Assembly: GCA_963662795.1 (NCBI GenBank)
Contig: OY759746.1
Coordinates: 3,008,001 to 3,072,000, forward strand
Reading direction: 5' to 3'
Origin: Spirochaetia bacterium
GTDB taxonomy: Bacteria; Spirochaetota; Spirochaetia; CADAEX01
Length of the DNA stretch: 64,000 bases
Part shown: positions 61,934-64,000 of the stretch, piece by piece
Numbering within the stretch: the stretch's first letter is position 1
How the letters are laid out: every line of letters begins with the position of its first letter
Program-made: the position numbers and the translations under genes
The notes under the pieces: generated by a model
Database searches by the model: none
What the model was told of the DNA's origin: nothing
Seen by the model: the letters and a program-made list of their open reading frames with translations, nothing else

Positions 61934-63335
61934 TGAGTCTCTGATGTCAGTAAGGGAAGCCGCTTTAATGATGAATGGCACTCTGCTGACAGAGGGGCCT
62001 GAACCCTATTTGAGCTCTGTTGCAATAGATTCAAGGAAAGTTGAGCCTGGTTCTCTCTTTATTGCCCTTAAAGGGGAAAAAAGTGACGGGCATAAATATA
62101 TCGGAAATGCAGTTTCTGCAGGCGCTGTATGCTGCGTAATAGAGAATGAAAACAGTGAGACAATAGCTCTTAAGGAAAATCAGTCCTGCGTATTTATTCT
62201 CGTAAAGAATACTCTCAGGGCGCTTCAACTGCTTGCCGGACAGTACCGCGCCAAATTTGAAAACATTTTTATTGTCGGGATTACCGGAAGCAGCGGAAAA
62301 ACAACTACAAAGGAACTGCTTGCTTCGATACTTGCAAAAGAGAATCTGACAGTAATGAATGAAGGCAATCTTAATTCTGAAACAGGGCTGCCTCTTTCCA
62401 TGTTCAGAATAAAAACCGCTCACAGATTCGGTGTTTTTGAACTGGGGATCAACCATGCCGGTGAAATGGATGTTCTGGTGGATATCTTAAGACCTGATTA
62501 TGCTGTACTTACAAATATCGGCACTGCCCATATAGGGCTGCTTGGTTCAAAAGATCGTATCGCAAATGAAAAAGTGAAAATTTTCCACAGCTTCGGCAAT
62601 TTGAAAGCTGGAATTGTGTATGAAAAGGATGATTTTGCCCCGCAAATATTAGCCGACAGCAGATACGGAAAGATAATATCATTATACGGCCTGGAAAGTC
62701 AGAAGAATGAGGTTTCTGTAATTGATAAAGGGCTAAACGGAACTGAAATAACACTTGGAAAAGAAAAAATAGCATTTCCCCTTATCGGAAATCATAATCT
62801 GCTTAATGCCCTTGCTGCATTAAAAGCTGCCAAGTACCTTGGAATAGATAACGTAAAAATAAAAGAAGCTCTTGAAGAGGCAAAACCTCTGTTTGGAAGG
62901 GGCGAAATAACCAATACTCCTGTAACTGTGATATCAGACTGCTACAATTCAAATCTGGAATCTGTTAAAGCAGCCCTTGATTTTCTTGACAGCATTCCGT
63001 GGAGCGGGAGAAAAGCTGTTCTGCTGGGTTCAATACTTGAACTTGGAGACAGTTCGGATGATATCCATAATAAAGTTGCAGATATGGCTGTACAAAGCTG
63101 TGCTGATGCAGTTTTTCTTTTTGGAAAGGAAATTGAAAAAGCATATAGCGGCTTAACCGGCAGAAAAAAGGATAAACACATGTTCTGGACAGATGATCCG
63201 GGAAAGATGAACGATGCGCTTTCCGGGTATCTGTGTACGGGAGATATTATCCTTCTTAAAGGTTCAAGGGGAATGTCTCTTGAGAGGTTTCTTGAAATTA
63301 TCGGAAAAATAAACAGGATGGTGCCAAATTGCTGA
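61926..63335 (+). CDS. murF: UDP-MurNAc-tripeptide--D-Ala-D-Ala ligase
   Basis: IDSR, GITGSSGKTTTKE, GNLNSETGLP, NIGTAH, DCYNSN, LKGSRG. Confidence 0.95.
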   Translation: MSNESLMSVREAALMMNGTLLTEGPEPYLSSVAIDSRKVEPGSLFIALKGEKSDGHKYIGNAVSAGAVCCVIENENSETIALKENQSCVFILVKNTLRALQLLAGQYRAKFENIFIVGITGSSGKTTTKELLASILAKENLTVMNEGNLNSETGLPLSMFRIKTAHRFGVFELGINHAGEMDVLVDILRPDYAVLTNIGTAHIGLLGSKDRIANEKVKIFHSFGNLKAGIVYEKDDFAPQILADSRYGKIISLYGLESQKNEVSVIDKGLNGTEITLGKEKIAFPLIGNHNLLNALAALKAAKYLGIDNVKIKEALEEAKPLFGRGEITNTPVTVISDCYNSNLESVKAALDFLDSIPWSGRKAVLLGSILELGDSSDDIHNKVADMAVQSCADAVFLFGKEIEKAYSGLTGRKKDKHMFWTDDPGKMNDALSGYLCTGDIILLKGSRGMSLERFLEIIGKINRMVPNC

Positions 63336-64000
63336 AAGAAATATTTCTGCCGCTTATCGGTAAATTAACATTTTTTAATATCTTTCAGTATATCACTTTC
63401 AGGGCGGCTTATGCGGCTGTTACAGCCCTGTTCTTGTCGCTTTTTTTCGGGCCTATGCTTATAGAATGGCTCAAAAAACAAAAAATGGGACAGGAGATAA
63501 GGGATGACGGACCAAGCACTCATCAGGTTAAATCCGGAACTCCCACAATGGGCGGCATACTTATAATATTTTCCATTGTTGTCTCTGTACTGCTCTGGCA
63601 GGATATAAAAAATATCTATACCTGGATATCCATCATATCAATACTCGGCTTCGGCCTGATCGGTTTTGTAGATGATTACCTCAAGGTTTTTAAAAAGAAT
63701 TCTGCCGGTATGCATGCAAAGTTTAAATTTATAGCCCAGATTCTGCTGTCGCTTGTGATAGTTACTTTTATTTTCGTTAACAGCAATAAGGAAACAACGC
63801 TCCTTTATATTCCTTTTTTCAAGTATCCGGTGCTTGATCTCTCATATTTTTATATCCCCTTTGGTGTACTGCTTCTTGTAGGGACTACAAATGCGGTAAA
63901 TCTTACTGACGGCCTTGACGGGCTTGCGATAGGGCTTGTTCTTCTTGCCGGAATTGCATTTGCAATCCTTACATATCTTACCGGAAGGGCGGATTATGCA
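63329..64000 (+). CDS. mraY: Phospho-N-acetylmuramoyl-pentapeptide transferase, partial (runs off the window; not in ORF track)
   Basis: TTG start; FNIFQYITFRA, IRDDGP, KSGTPTMGG, GFVDDY, NAVNLTDGLDGLA. Confidence 0.95.
   Translation, partial: MLKEIFLPLIGKLTFFNIFQYITFRAAYAAVTALFLSLFFGPMLIEWLKKQKMGQEIRDDGPSTHQVKSGTPTMGGILIIFSIVVSVLLWQDIKNIYTWISIISILGFGLIGFVDDYLKVFKKNSAGMHAKFKFIAQILLSLVIVTFIFVNSNKETTLLYIPFFKYPVLDLSYFYIPFGVLLLVGTTNAVNLTDGLDGLAIGLVLLAGIAFAILTYLTGRADYA

Noticed and set aside
61628-63335. No ftsI or murE between ftsL and murF
   Set aside because: Reduced dcw clusters of this form are common in spirochaetes.

Overview
Chromosomal window from a spirochaete (Spirochaetia; the 16S signatures and the cheW-degT-nadK-recN and mraZ-rsmH-ftsL-murF-mraY gene orders fit). 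It is mostly housekeeping DNA: fadD/fabZ, dsbD/tlpA, comEC/rsmA, dapA/dapB, pta, mtaB, two tRNAs, pyk, upp, one complete rrn operon (16S, tRNA-Ala, 23S, 5S), rpsD, pfk, recN, a GH57 gene and the start of the dcw cluster. Three accessory segments stand out. (1) An AT-rich islet directly after tRNA-Lys/tRNA-Glu (about 21.95-29.2 kb) encodes a class V aminotransferase, an Arg-less TRAP transporter resembling amino-alcohol binders, a glycerol-kinase homologue with a remodelled substrate pocket and a LysR regulator. I infer an undescribed amino-polyol (most plausibly serinol) uptake and catabolism pathway; this is the best candidate for a new system. (2) An envelope operon at the left edge combines TPR and Ig-like lipoproteins with TolC and a membrane fusion protein. 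(3) A patch after the rrn operon holds an unexplained structured element, a flavodoxin-fold gene, an attC-like hairpin and a sugar-permease remnant. Several apparent pseudo-enzymes also occur (adenylate kinase-like, DegT-like without its Lys, degenerate M23). All calls come from reading motifs by eye; no database searches were run. Several start codons were moved downstream of the ORF-track starts where a ribosome-binding site or the family N-terminus supports it.
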